Positions 27,947 through 38,557 of a stretch of DNA of 41,421 bases are shown here, piece by piece; positions within the stretch are counted from its first letter, which is position 1, and each line of letters begins with the position of its first letter. The translations under genes and the position numbers were made by a program. The DNA comes from Ruminococcaceae bacterium UBA3451 (GTDB lineage: Bacteria > Bacillota > Clostridia > Oscillospirales > Acutalibacteraceae), in contig DFRY01000043.1 in NCBI GenBank assembly GCA_002378845.1, positions 115,419 through 156,839 of the forward strand, written 5' to 3'. A model generated the notes under the pieces. That model had not been told where the DNA came from and did no database searches. It saw only the letters and a program-made list of their open reading frames with translations.

Positions 27947-29999
27947 AAATATGGAGGTTCTGGCTCCGGCCGGTTCCATGGAAAGCCTGACGGCCGCGGT
28001 ACGCGCGGGCGCCGACGCGGTTTACCTTGGCGGCAGTCTGTTTAGTGCCAGAGCAAATGCGAAAAATTTTAACGAGGACGAGCTGAAAAGCGCCGTTCAA
28101 TATTGCCATGCCCGCGGGGTCAAAGTGTATCTTGCGGTAAACACGCTGCTTTTGGAGCATGAACTTGCAAAGGCGCTTGATTTTATCCGTTTTGCGTGCA
28201 CTCTGCCCGTGGACGCTGTTTTGGTGCAGGATGCGGGGCTGATTCTGCTTTTGCAGCAATGTGCGCCCGGCCTGCGGCTGCACGCTTCTACCCAAATGAG
28301 CATTCACACGCCGCTCGGCGCGGCTGCCCTGCAAAAGGCGGGCATAAAACGTGTGGTGCTTTCCCGCGAGCTTTCCCTCAAAGAAATGGCGGAAATTCAC
28401 GCGGCCACCCCGGTGGAGCTGGAGGCCTTTGTGCACGGCGCGCTGTGCATGTCGGTCAGCGGTCAATGCTATTTCAGTTCGGTACTGGGCTCCCGCAGCG
28501 GCAACCGCGGTCTTTGCGCCCAGCCGTGCCGCCTGCCGTTTTCCGTTGCGGGCGGAACCGGGCACGATTTAAGTTTAAAGGATTTATCTATGATCACCCG
28601 CATCGGCGAACTGGCTCAGGCGGGAATTTACAGTGCAACAATCGAGGGACGTATGAAGCGCCCCGAATACGTTGCCGCGGCGGCACGCGCCTGCCGCCTT
28701 GCGGCAGACAGACAGGCCGTACCCGACGACCTGCTGCAGAATTTGAGCGCGGTATTTTCGCGTTCCGGCTTTACCACCGGGTACCTTGACGGCAAGTTGG
28801 GCCGCGACATGTTCGGCATTCGTTCCAAAGAAGATGTAACCGGCGCAACAAGCGCTGTTTTTTCCGATTTGCACGGACTTTATAATCAGGAATACCAACG
28901 GATTCCGATTCATTTTATTCTTCGAATTCAAAAAGGGGAACCGGTCAGCCTGCGCGCCGAAGACGGCGATGGGAATACCGTTTCCTCCGCAGGCGACTTC
29001 CCCGAAGCCGCGCTGAGCCGGCCTATCGACGAGGCACGCTGTACGGAACAACTGAAAAAGACAGGCGGTACGCCGTTTTACGTGGAAGAGATCACCTGTG
29101 AAATTGGGGAAGGGCTTTCCGTGCCTGTTTCCCTTTTGAACAAGCTGCGCCGCGCCGTACTGGAAAAGCTGGAAGAACAGCGCGGCAGCCATACGCCCGT
29201 TTCCTTTACGCCCTGCGCGCTGCCGCAGTCGAATAACCACATGGCGAAAAAAATGAAATTGCGCGCCCGGTTTACCGGCACTGACTTGCCGGAAAACGCT
29301 AAAAAATGTGAACTTATTTACCTTCCGTACCATACGGAAATACAAAAATTGCAGCAGCTCAAAAAGGACGGCTTTCCGGTTGCGCTTGAAATTCCGCGCG
29401 GCATGTTTGGGCTGGAAAACGCGGTGCGCAGGCGCCTGCTTGCCGCAAAAGAAGCGGGGATTGCCGACGTGTGGGCCGGCAACCTCGGCGCGGCGGCACT
29501 GGGCAAAGAACTGGGGATGACCGTGCACGGCGGATTTTCGCTCAATATTACAAATTCGGCGTCAATTGACTGGTACCGTGAATTCGGCCTTGCCGACACC
29601 GAGCTTTCGTTTGAACTTACCCTGCAGCAGGCCGCCGCAGTCGGCGGAGAACTGCCCCGCGGACTTTTGCTTTACGGACGACTGCCGCTTATGCTGACGC
29701 GCAACTGCCCCGCAGCAAACGCAGGCGGCTGCAAAGGCTGCGACCATAACCGCATGCTGACCGACCGCAAAGGGATTCATTTTCCGGTACAGTGCTACGG
29801 CGCGTGCAGCGAAGTGCTGAATTCCGTTCCGCTTAGCATGTCTGACCGGTTAAGCGAAGTGCGGAACCAGGATTTCGGTCTGCTCCGTTTTTCCACCGAA
29901 ACGGTACAGGAAGCGGAAAATATTATCGACCGCTATCTTTCCGCGGCACCGGGCGAAGGAGAATTTACCCGCGGCCTGTATTACCGCGGAATAGAATAG
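27936..29999 (+). CDS. Peptidase U32 family protein (long form, probable Fe-S RNA hydroxylation enzyme)
   Basis: EVLAPAG, GADAVYLG, HASTQ, EAFVHGALCMSVSGQC, NRGLCAQPCR, IEGRMKRPEYV. Start is 27936 or 27951. Confidence 0.9.
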   Translation: MTTKNMEVLAPAGSMESLTAAVRAGADAVYLGGSLFSARANAKNFNEDELKSAVQYCHARGVKVYLAVNTLLLEHELAKALDFIRFACTLPVDAVLVQDAGLILLLQQCAPGLRLHASTQMSIHTPLGAAALQKAGIKRVVLSRELSLKEMAEIHAATPVELEAFVHGALCMSVSGQCYFSSVLGSRSGNRGLCAQPCRLPFSVAGGTGHDLSLKDLSMITRIGELAQAGIYSATIEGRMKRPEYVAAAARACRLAADRQAVPDDLLQNLSAVFSRSGFTTGYLDGKLGRDMFGIRSKEDVTGATSAVFSDLHGLYNQEYQRIPIHFILRIQKGEPVSLRAEDGDGNTVSSAGDFPEAALSRPIDEARCTEQLKKTGGTPFYVEEITCEIGEGLSVPVSLLNKLRRAVLEKLEEQRGSHTPVSFTPCALPQSNNHMAKKMKLRARFTGTDLPENAKKCELIYLPYHTEIQKLQQLKKDGFPVALEIPRGMFGLENAVRRRLLAAKEAGIADVWAGNLGAAALGKELGMTVHGGFSLNITNSASIDWYREFGLADTELSFELTLQQAAAVGGELPRGLLLYGRLPLMLTRNCPAANAGGCKGCDHNRMLTDRKGIHFPVQCYGACSEVLNSVPLSMSDRLSEVRNQDFGLLRFSTETVQEAENIIDRYLSAAPGEGEFTRGLYYRGIE

Positions 30000-30086
30000 A
30001 TGCACATTTTTTCAATATAATTGGATTTTTATATATGCGTAGAGGTCGCCGCCCACAGCGCCCCGGAAGATACAGATTTTGTTGGT

Positions 30087-30258
30087 TTGCCCTCATGCCG
30101 GGCGGGCACCTACTTTCGGTCTTGTCCGAAAGTAGGCAAAGTACGCGCAAGGGGGATTTTAAATCCCGGCGAGAGGGTTTCATAAAATCCCCCTTGCACC
30201 CCCAATGTATCCCCAATGGCCATCGCAATATCAGTTATCGATTTGATTTTCATTGACG
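30087..30258 (+). repeat. Dispersed structured intergenic repeat, copy B
   Basis: Contains the CCTACTTTCG/CGAAAGTAGG hairpin and a perfect 15-bp GCAAGGGGGATTTTA/TAAAATCCCCCTTGC stem. Aligns end to end with copy C. Confidence 0.92.
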
Positions 30259-30301
30259 TTTTCTAGTGAAGCCAACTGACATATGAACTAAACAAAAAGG
30301 A

Positions 30302-30754
30302 TTGAACTTCTTGAACAATACATTAAAAATTAAAAAACTGCACCCGGACTCCGTTTTACCGACCCGCGGAAGCGACGGCGCGGCGGGGCTGGATTTATAT
30401 GCCTATTTGGATAAACCCGTCACTTTGGAGCCGCGGGGGCTTTATAAAATTCCCACCGGCGTCGCGATTGCCCTGCCGGACAGAAACACCGTGGGACTGG
30501 TTTTCGCGCGCAGCGGGCTCGGCATGAAACACGGCATTTCGCTTTCCAACGCGGTGGGCGTCATCGACAGCGACTACCGCGGCGAACTGATCGTCGGCCT
30601 GAGCAACCTGAGCGGCGAACCCTACACGCTTTCCCCCGGCGAACGCTTTGCCCAGCTGGTGGTCATGCCGGTGTTTGTTCCCGAACTGGAAGAAGCTGAC
30701 GACCTTGGCGAAACGGCGCGCGGTGCCGGCGGCTTCGGTTCAACAGGAAAATAA
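30302..30754 (+). CDS. dut: dUTP diphosphatase
   Basis: AAGLDL, ARSGLG, GVIDSDYRGE, RFAQLV, RGAGGFGSTG. TTG start at 30302 or 30311. Confidence 0.96.
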   Translation: MNFLNNTLKIKKLHPDSVLPTRGSDGAAGLDLYAYLDKPVTLEPRGLYKIPTGVAIALPDRNTVGLVFARSGLGMKHGISLSNAVGVIDSDYRGELIVGLSNLSGEPYTLSPGERFAQLVVMPVFVPELEEADDLGETARGAGGFGSTGK

Positions 30755-30918
30755 ATCCGATTTTTGAAATTTTTTCTCTGTAAATTTTTCGGCTGCACCC
30801 GGAAACCGTACCAAATGCAACCCCCGACTCATCCCGGTGCGCACCGATTTTTTTTAAAAATACGCGGCAACTATTTTGTATTTTTATTGGTATTTTTTTA
30901 GAATTGGGAGTTCCCCGC

Positions 30919-31179
30919 ATGAAAAATAACATGATTAAAACACTTTTATTGATTATTCTGCTGCTTTTAGCGGTGGTTTTGGGTAAAATAATCGGAGCCG
31001 CAAGTATTGGGCTGAAGTATCTTTCGTGGCTGGGCGCAAGCGCAAGCTTCGGTTTTTCGCCGCTTGCCGTCAACCTCAGCGTCGTGAACTTCACGCTCGG
31101 TCTTATGGTCAATATTAATGTTGCACAGGCAATTTTATTGTTGGTTGCAATTTTATCTTACACCAAAATCAAAAGTTAA
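30919..31179 (+). CDS. Small membrane protein (DUF4321-like)
   Basis: Highly hydrophobic ~86 aa ORF with GGGAG RBS, lying just before maf. Family is a recollection-level guess. Confidence 0.65.
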   Translation: MKNNMIKTLLLIILLLLAVVLGKIIGAASIGLKYLSWLGASASFGFSPLAVNLSVVNFTLGLMVNINVAQAILLLVAILSYTKIKS

Positions 31180-31265
31180 TTCGATAAGTTAAACCTGCTG
31201 ATCAAATTCGCATTATTTTCAGAAATTCAGCAACGAAACAATTAACTTTAAAAAGGATAGGAGTT

Positions 31266-31820
31266 TTGAAAATGTTGATACTCGCATCTTCGTCGCCGCG
31301 CCGCAACGAGCTTTTAAAAATGGCCGGCTACGAATTTACTGTCGCACCATCCGATGTAAACGAAGATTACCTGCGCGGTACGCCGCCGATGCAGGTTGTG
31401 GAGCAGATTGCCACCCGGAAAGCAAAAGCGGCCGCAAAGGACCACCCGCTCGACGCGATTCTTGCGGCGGACACGCTGGTCGTATATAAAGGAAGAATTC
31501 TCGGCAAGCCGAAGGATGCGGAAGACGCCAAGGCGATGCTGCGGCTGCTGGCAGGCAACGTGCATCAGGTTTACACCGGCTACTGCATTATTTGCGGTTC
31601 CAAGCTGCTTTGCGGGCACGAATGCACCTCGGTGGAATTTTACACCCTGCGCGACGAAGAAATCGACGCTTACGTGGAAACGGGCGAACCATTGGACAAA
31701 GCCGGGGCATACGGAATTCAGGGCCGCGGCGCGCTGCTGGTCAAACGGATTGACGGCGATTTTTACAATGTAATGGGGCTGCCCATTGGCAAAATCAACC
31801 GCATTTTAAAAGGATGTTAG
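31266..31820 (+). CDS. maf: Maf family nucleotide pyrophosphatase
   Basis: LILASSSPRR, ADTLV, ILGKP, EPLDKAGAYGIQG, NVMGLP. Confidence 0.95.
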   Translation: MKMLILASSSPRRNELLKMAGYEFTVAPSDVNEDYLRGTPPMQVVEQIATRKAKAAAKDHPLDAILAADTLVVYKGRILGKPKDAEDAKAMLRLLAGNVHQVYTGYCIICGSKLLCGHECTSVEFYTLRDEEIDAYVETGEPLDKAGAYGIQGRGALLVKRIDGDFYNVMGLPIGKINRILKGC

Positions 31821-31900
31821 CCTTACGGCGACTTTGCGCTGCATTGCAATACACCCCTGCACAGAAAACGCGGATAATTCGGCAGGATTTCATAATTTAA

Positions 31901-33001
<1,101 letters not shown>

Positions 33002-33021
33002 GCATTGTCCTTAAAAATGAA

Positions 33022-33052
33022 GCGGAGGGTGCCTACTCTCCGCCTATTTTTT
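33022..33052 (+). terminator. Terminator after mreB
   Basis: GCGGAGGGT-GCCT-ACTCTCCGC followed by CTATTTTTT. Confidence 0.6.
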
Positions 33053-33057
33053 CTGAA

Positions 33058-33086
33058 TTGACACATAATGTAATATAAGGTAAACT
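33058..33086 (+). promoter_or_regulatory. sigmaA promoter of mreC
   Basis: TTGACA-17 nt-TAAACT. Confidence 0.6.
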
Positions 33087-33117
33087 ATGATAAATTTCCA
33101 AGTTAGGGGGTGCTGCG

Positions 33118-34032
33118 TTGAAAGACTTTTTCCATTCCAACAGCTTTAAGCTGCTGATTGCGGTCATATTCATCCTTTTCGGATTAATGCTTTTCACCGC
33201 AAGCAACGGCAGTTCTGTGGTTTCGAACCTGCTGGGCTTTGTTTCCACCCCAATGCAAAAAGTCAGTACCGTTGTTACCAATAACGCGGCCACAACGGCA
33301 CAGTCCGTTACGCGTTCCAATCAGGAGCTTGTTGCGGAAAACAACGCGCTGAAAAGCCAGATTGACGAACTGAATAAAAAACTGGTTCAATATTACTCTT
33401 ATCAGCAGGAAAACGCGCAGCTCCGCAAATTTTTGGAGCTGAAAAACGAAAACAAGGATTTTAAACCCGTTTCCGCCGCGGTCATTGGCCGCGACCCCAA
33501 TGATGTATTTTCCGGCTTTCAAATTGACAAAGGAACGCTGGCCGGCGTTTCCGTAAACGACCCGGTAATTACCGAAGGCGGCGTGGTCGGCTGGATTTCC
33601 AGCGTCAGTTCCAGTTACAGCCGCGTCACCACGATTTTTTCACCCGATACCAAAATCAGCGCCATTGACAAAGTAAACCGCGATTCCGGCGTAATCAGCA
33701 GCAACCTGAAGCTGGCCGACAGCGGAATCGTCAAGCTGGGTTACCTGACGGCCAACACCACCGTAAAACCCGGCGATATCATCGTCACCAACGGGCTGGG
33801 CGGCGTGTACCCGCGCGATTTGCCCATCGGCACTGTGACAAAGGTAAGCAACGAGCCTTACGACGTATCCCTTTACGCCGAAATCAAACCGTTTGTCGAT
33901 GTGAAAAATGTGCGCGACGTTATGGTAATCACCTCGTTTGAAGGGCAGGGGCAGTCGCTGCCCGACCCAAGCGCTTCTTCCGACGGAACGAACACCGCCA
34001 GTAATACAGCCGGTACAAACGGGGCAAAATAA
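33118..34032 (+). CDS. mreC: Rod shape-determining protein MreC
   Basis: N-terminal TM, coiled coil ENAQLRKFL, IDKG, GLGGVYPRDLPIGTV, and synteny. Confidence 0.93.
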   Translation: MKDFFHSNSFKLLIAVIFILFGLMLFTASNGSSVVSNLLGFVSTPMQKVSTVVTNNAATTAQSVTRSNQELVAENNALKSQIDELNKKLVQYYSYQQENAQLRKFLELKNENKDFKPVSAAVIGRDPNDVFSGFQIDKGTLAGVSVNDPVITEGGVVGWISSVSSSYSRVTTIFSPDTKISAIDKVNRDSGVISSNLKLADSGIVKLGYLTANTTVKPGDIIVTNGLGGVYPRDLPIGTVTKVSNEPYDVSLYAEIKPFVDVKNVRDVMVITSFEGQGQSLPDPSASSDGTNTASNTAGTNGAK

Positions 34033-34033
34033 A

Positions 34034-34546
34034 ATGGAAAAATATAAATGGATTCGCTATTTGGCCTATACAATTGAAATCCTGGTCTTTTTTATGGTGC
34101 AGGAAACGCCGGGGCTTATGCCTTCCGTATTCGGCGCAAGGCCGGTGCTTTTAATGCCCGTTGCCCTTTCCATCGCACTGTTCGAAAGCGAAAAAGCCGC
34201 CATGAGCTTTGGCCTGCTGTGCGGCCTTTTAATTGACTTCGGTATGAGCGCGGTACTGGGGTTTCACGGCCTGCTGCTTGCAGTCATCTGTTTTACGTTG
34301 GGCGTTTTGGCCGCGAATTTAATTCGCACAAACTTTTTGACCGCTATGCTGGTTGCGGTTGTAGCCTGCGGTTCCGTACTGCTGCTGCAGTGGCTGTTCT
34401 TTTACGTACTGTATAGTTTTGACAGCCCCATTTACGCCCTTACGGAACATTATTTGCCGCGCTTCGGCTACACCGTTGCGTTTATGCCGATTGCGTATTA
34501 TTTCAACCGCGCGCTTTCCATTCAAATCCGCGCAAAGGAAGAATGA
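34034..34546 (+). CDS. mreD: Rod shape-determining protein MreD
   Basis: Polytopic membrane protein with GLLCGLLID, located between mreC and PBP2. Confidence 0.85.
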   Translation: MEKYKWIRYLAYTIEILVFFMVQETPGLMPSVFGARPVLLMPVALSIALFESEKAAMSFGLLCGLLIDFGMSAVLGFHGLLLAVICFTLGVLAANLIRTNFLTAMLVAVVACGSVLLLQWLFFYVLYSFDSPIYALTEHYLPRFGYTVAFMPIAYYFNRALSIQIRAKEE

Positions 34547-34665
34547 CCGCAGGTTAATGCCCTGCGCTGCAACCGTTACACACGGTTCATGTTTTGTTCA
34601 AGTATTTTTGGTAGAATGAGTTTGTAAGAATTCAATGTACCGTTTTTTCTTAATGGAGGACACCA

Positions 34666-36795
34666 GTGGACAAGCTGAAGGAATTTTCTCGTTATATTCT
34701 CTGCGGGCTGATCGTTTTTGCCATTCTGACTGTTTACGGCCTGCGCCTTGCAGACTGGCAGATTGTCAACGGCGCTTCTTTTTTGGAAACAGCCGACAAG
34801 TCCCGTTCCGACAAGGTCACCATGGACGCCGCGCGCGGAGAAATTCTGGACGTAAACGGCGTGGGGCTTGCCGTGAATAAAACGGGGTATGCCATTATTT
34901 TTGATAAGGCCTACATGCCGACCGGCACCGCGAACAAAACCATTGCACAGCTTATCAGTCTGCTGGCACAGCGCAACGAAAAATGGACGGACGCGCTGCC
35001 GATTTCCATTGATAAAGACGGAAAATATCAGTTTATTCCGGGTCAGGAAAAAGACGTTTCCGCGCTAAAGTCCAAAGATTTTCTAAACATGAACTCGTAC
35101 GCAACGGCGGAACAGTGCATGGCGGAACTGATTAAAAAATACGAAATCGAAGGCTATTCACAAACGGACACCCGCGCCATTGTCTCTGTCCGATATAATA
35201 TGACAAAATCCGCGTACGGCGTTTCCGCACCGTACACGTTCGCGCCCGACGTCAGCAAAGACACCGTGGCAATTATCAGTGAAAACGCCCAGCGTTTGCC
35301 CGGCGTTACCGCAAAGGTGACGACCGTACGCCAATACTCTGACGGTACGCTGATGCCGCATATTCTCGGCACCATCGGTTCCATTTCACAGGAAGAATAC
35401 GCGGAACTGAAAGATAAAGGTTACGCGTTTAACGACCGGCTGGGCAAAAGCGGAATCGAGCAGGCATTTGAAAGCACCCTGCGCGGCAAAGCCGGAGAAA
35501 AAACGGTGGACACCAGCGTGACGGGCGCGTTGGAAGCGGAAACCGTAACAAAAGCGCCTACTGCAGGCGACACCGTTTACCTTACCATTGACAGCAACCT
35601 GCAAAGGGTACTCAACGCGTCCCTTGCAAAAAATGTGCAGGACGCAAACGCGTACGGCCGTGAGCTTGACGCGCAGAATTACAAGGGCATGTCGAGCGGA
35701 CACGGCGAAGACTGCTTTGCCGGTGCCGCCGTAGTGCTTCGGGTAAAAGACTTTTCGGTGCTTGCCGCATCCACGTACCCAAGCTACGATTTGTCTGAAT
35801 ATCTTACCGACACGAATTATTACACCTCTTTGATACAGAATAAAGAAAAGCCGCTGATCAACCGCGCGTTCAACGGGATTTTTACCCCGGGTTCGGTTGT
35901 AAAGCCCTATGTGGCGCTCACCGCTTTACAGGAAGGCTCCATTACCACCTCGACGCGCCTGCTGGGCAACAGCGTTTATACCCGTTTCCCAAACCTGCCG
36001 CTGGGCAGTATTGGTAACTACGGAATGATTACCGCGAATTACGCGTTGGAAAAATCCAGCAACTCCTTCTTTTATGAAGTGGGCTACCGGACCGGTATCT
36101 CCAACATGAATCTGTACGCCAAACATTTCGGTCTGGGCGTTAAAACCGGCATTGAGCTGAGCGAAAGCGCTGGCGTGCTGGCCGGCCCGGGGGAACGCAG
36201 CGAATGGTACGACGCAGATACGGTAGAAGCCGCCGTGGGACAGAGCGATAACCAGTTCACACCGCTGCAGCTCGCAACGTATGTTGCCACAATCGCAAAC
36301 AACGGCGTTCGCCTGCAGCCCCATTTGGTCAACAAAGTGACCGACTATACCCGCAAAAACGTGATTTCGCAAGCCCAGCCGACCACCGTGGATAATGTGG
36401 GCGTGAACCAGTCTTACATGGATTATGTAAAGGATGCCATGCACAGCGTTGCCACCGACGGTACCGCAAGCAGCATCTTTAAAAATTACGGCATTGCCAT
36501 TGCAGCCAAAACCGGAACGGCCGTGCAGACGCCGCACTCCGACAACGTCACGTTTGTCGGGTACGCTCCGTTCGACAATCCGGAAATCGCCGTAGCGGTG
36601 GTTTTGGAACACGGCGCAACCAGCAAATTCTCCCTTACCGTTGCAAAGGATATTTTCGATGCCTATTTCTTCGGCAAAACGGTAGATGCGAGCGGAAATT
36701 TGGTCATGCCTTCTTCTTCTGGCACCGAATCAGGTTCCTCCAACGTCTCCTCAACGGCGGGTTCTTCGTCACAAGGTACGGTTTCCTCGCATTAA
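34666..36795 (+). CDS. mrdA: Class B penicillin-binding protein 2
   Basis: AARGEILD, GKSGIE, transpeptidase motifs SVVK, SSN and KTG; synteny with mreBCD. Confidence 0.9.
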   Translation: MDKLKEFSRYILCGLIVFAILTVYGLRLADWQIVNGASFLETADKSRSDKVTMDAARGEILDVNGVGLAVNKTGYAIIFDKAYMPTGTANKTIAQLISLLAQRNEKWTDALPISIDKDGKYQFIPGQEKDVSALKSKDFLNMNSYATAEQCMAELIKKYEIEGYSQTDTRAIVSVRYNMTKSAYGVSAPYTFAPDVSKDTVAIISENAQRLPGVTAKVTTVRQYSDGTLMPHILGTIGSISQEEYAELKDKGYAFNDRLGKSGIEQAFESTLRGKAGEKTVDTSVTGALEAETVTKAPTAGDTVYLTIDSNLQRVLNASLAKNVQDANAYGRELDAQNYKGMSSGHGEDCFAGAAVVLRVKDFSVLAASTYPSYDLSEYLTDTNYYTSLIQNKEKPLINRAFNGIFTPGSVVKPYVALTALQEGSITTSTRLLGNSVYTRFPNLPLGSIGNYGMITANYALEKSSNSFFYEVGYRTGISNMNLYAKHFGLGVKTGIELSESAGVLAGPGERSEWYDADTVEAAVGQSDNQFTPLQLATYVATIANNGVRLQPHLVNKVTDYTRKNVISQAQPTTVDNVGVNQSYMDYVKDAMHSVATDGTASSIFKNYGIAIAAKTGTAVQTPHSDNVTFVGYAPFDNPEIAVAVVLEHGATSKFSLTVAKDIFDAYFFGKTVDASGNLVMPSSSGTESGSSNVSSTAGSSSQGTVSSH

Positions 36796-36903
36796 TTCTT
36801 TAAATGTTACTAAAATATAAACTTTTTAAATTCATTAAAATTCACAAGAAAAACGCTTTGACTACCATGAATTGTTGTGGTAGTATGATGATGAGGTTTT
36901 GAA

Positions 36904-37650
36904 ATGGGAGCTATCACTGTTATTACATCGGGAAAAGGCGGTGTGGGGAAATCCACCGTGACCACCGGGCTCGGATTTGCCTTGGCAAACCGGGGAAGGC
37001 GGGTACTGCTGATTGACGGCGATGCGGGCCTTGGCTGCCTGGATCATATGCTTGGAATTACCGAACAGCAGGTTTTTGATATTGCAGATGTGGTATCCGG
37101 CAGTGTGGAACCCGTGAAAGCCGTTTATACCTGTTCTTTTGTTCCGAATTTGTTTTTGCTGCCCGCCCCTGTACGGCAGGAGGATGTTGTCAGCCCGGAC
37201 ATTATGAAGCAGCTGGTTCAGGTGCTGGCGCGTTACTATGACCATGTTTTAATTGACAGTCCCGCCGGAATTGGAAGTGGCTTTTTAAGCGCGGTTGCCG
37301 CGGCGCAGCGTGTGTTGATTGTTTCCACACCAGACCCGGTTTGCCTGCGCAACGCGAACAAAACACGCATGACTTTGGAGCAAGCCGGTTTTACTCAGCA
37401 GCGGCTGGTTATCAATCGTTTCAGCGGTCAGAATTTCCGCCTGCAGGGTTATTACCCGGATTTGGACTCCGTAATTGACTCCGCCGGGGTCCGGCTGATT
37501 GCCGTGATTCCTGAAGACCCGCTTTTGGCAGCGGCAGCAGCCAAATCCGCTTCGGCCCCGCAAAATTCGGCGGGCGCAATGGCGTTTGGCCGACTTGCGG
37601 CAAGGCTTGAAGGCGAGCAGGTGCCTTTGGCCCCGCTACATAAATTCTAG
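36904..37650 (+). CDS. minD: Septum site-determining protein MinD-like ATPase
   Basis: TSGKGGVGKST, DSPAGI, RLVINR, ARLEGEQVP; synteny between PBP2 and mgsA. Confidence 0.85.
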   Translation: MGAITVITSGKGGVGKSTVTTGLGFALANRGRRVLLIDGDAGLGCLDHMLGITEQQVFDIADVVSGSVEPVKAVYTCSFVPNLFLLPAPVRQEDVVSPDIMKQLVQVLARYYDHVLIDSPAGIGSGFLSAVAAAQRVLIVSTPDPVCLRNANKTRMTLEQAGFTQQRLVINRFSGQNFRLQGYYPDLDSVIDSAGVRLIAVIPEDPLLAAAAAKSASAPQNSAGAMAFGRLAARLEGEQVPLAPLHKF

Positions 37651-37689
37651 CTGCCGTTGTTTGTGTTAGATTAAGGAGGGAATTTTAAT

Positions 37690-38094
37690 ATGAACATTGC
37701 TTTAATTGCCCATGACGCGAAAAAGGAACTGATGGTTCAGTTCTGCATTGCCTATTGCGGCGTGCTGAGCCGCCACGAGCTTTGCGCCACCGGAACGACC
37801 GGCAAAATGGTTGCCGAAGCCACCGGATTGGAAATACAGCGCTTTTTAGGAGGATCCCAGGGCGGCGACCAGCAAATTGCTGCGCGTATTGCCTGCAATG
37901 AAGTTGACCTGCTTCTGTTTTTCCGCGACCCGCTTACCCCAAAACCGCATGAGCCGAACGACATGAACCTGCTGCGCCTGTGCGACATGCATAACATTCC
38001 CGTCGCCACAAACATTGCGACCGCCGAGGTTTTAATCCATGGTCTGGAGCGCGGCGATTTGGATTGGCGCAATATTTTAAACCCGAAGGCATAA
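37690..38094 (+). CDS. mgsA: Methylglyoxal synthase
   Basis: [40 protein letters not shown]. Confidence 0.96.
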   Translation: MNIALIAHDAKKELMVQFCIAYCGVLSRHELCATGTTGKMVAEATGLEIQRFLGGSQGGDQQIAARIACNEVDLLLFFRDPLTPKPHEPNDMNLLRLCDMHNIPVATNIATAEVLIHGLERGDLDWRNILNPKA

Positions 38095-38102
38095 CAAATA
38101 CC

Positions 38103-38313
38103 GGCCATGACCGGAAAGAGTACTCAAACACCCCGCTACAGGGAGGGCACGCCGTGACTGAAAGCGCGCCTGCATCCGGGTTTTGACGAAGACATCCGCG
38201 AGCCGAACGCACCCGGCGTGAATCCGGGTTTTCGAGGAGAGCTACGGCTCTTAAAAAAGGGTGGCACCGCGAGGATTCTCCCTCGTCCCTTTCGTTGGGG
38301 ACGGGGGATTTTT
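38103..38313 (+). promoter_or_regulatory. T-box riboswitch (probable Asp specifier GAC)
   Basis: Stem I with GAGTA, AGGGAG and ACTGAAA elements; specifier loop GAAGACA with GAC at 38191-38193; T-box AAGGGTGGCACCGCG (38257-38271); antiterminator partner CGTCCCTT; terminator at 38278-38313. Confidence 0.92.
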
Positions 38314-38387
38314 GCATTTTTATAGATTCTTTCGATTAAGCATGCTATTTTAATATTTATATAATCAAATTGCTTAAAATCTTTTGC

Positions 38388-38557
38388 TTGCCCTCATGCC
38401 GGGCCGGCACCTCTTTTCGGTCTTGTCCGAAAGGAGGCAAAGTACGCGCAAGGGGGATATTAAATCCGGGAGGGTTCCACAAAATCCCCCTTGCAACCCC
38501 CAAGGTATCCCCAAAAGTCACGGCTATGTCAAATATCGATGCGGTTTTCATTGGACG
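38388..38557 (+). repeat. Dispersed structured intergenic repeat, copy C
   Basis: TTGCCCTCATGCCGGGCCGGCACCTCTTTTCGGTCTTGTCCGAAAGGAGGCAAAGTACGCGCAAGGGGGAT...AAAATCCCCCTTGC...TTTTCATTGGACG aligns with copy B. Confidence 0.92.

Noticed and set aside
30087..30150. Resemblance of the repeat 5' part to an HDV-like ribozyme (CCTC loop, GGGCA, hairpin, GCAAA)
   Set aside because: I could not build the required P1, P2 and 3-bp P3 pairings consistently in the three copies, so it is not called.
30035..30256. Similar short peptides (MPG.HL.SVLSE.RQSTRKGD) encoded by all three repeat copies
   Set aside because: Differences between copies are mostly non-synonymous, copy C has a 4-nt deletion and there is no RBS. 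Conservation follows base pairing, not codons.
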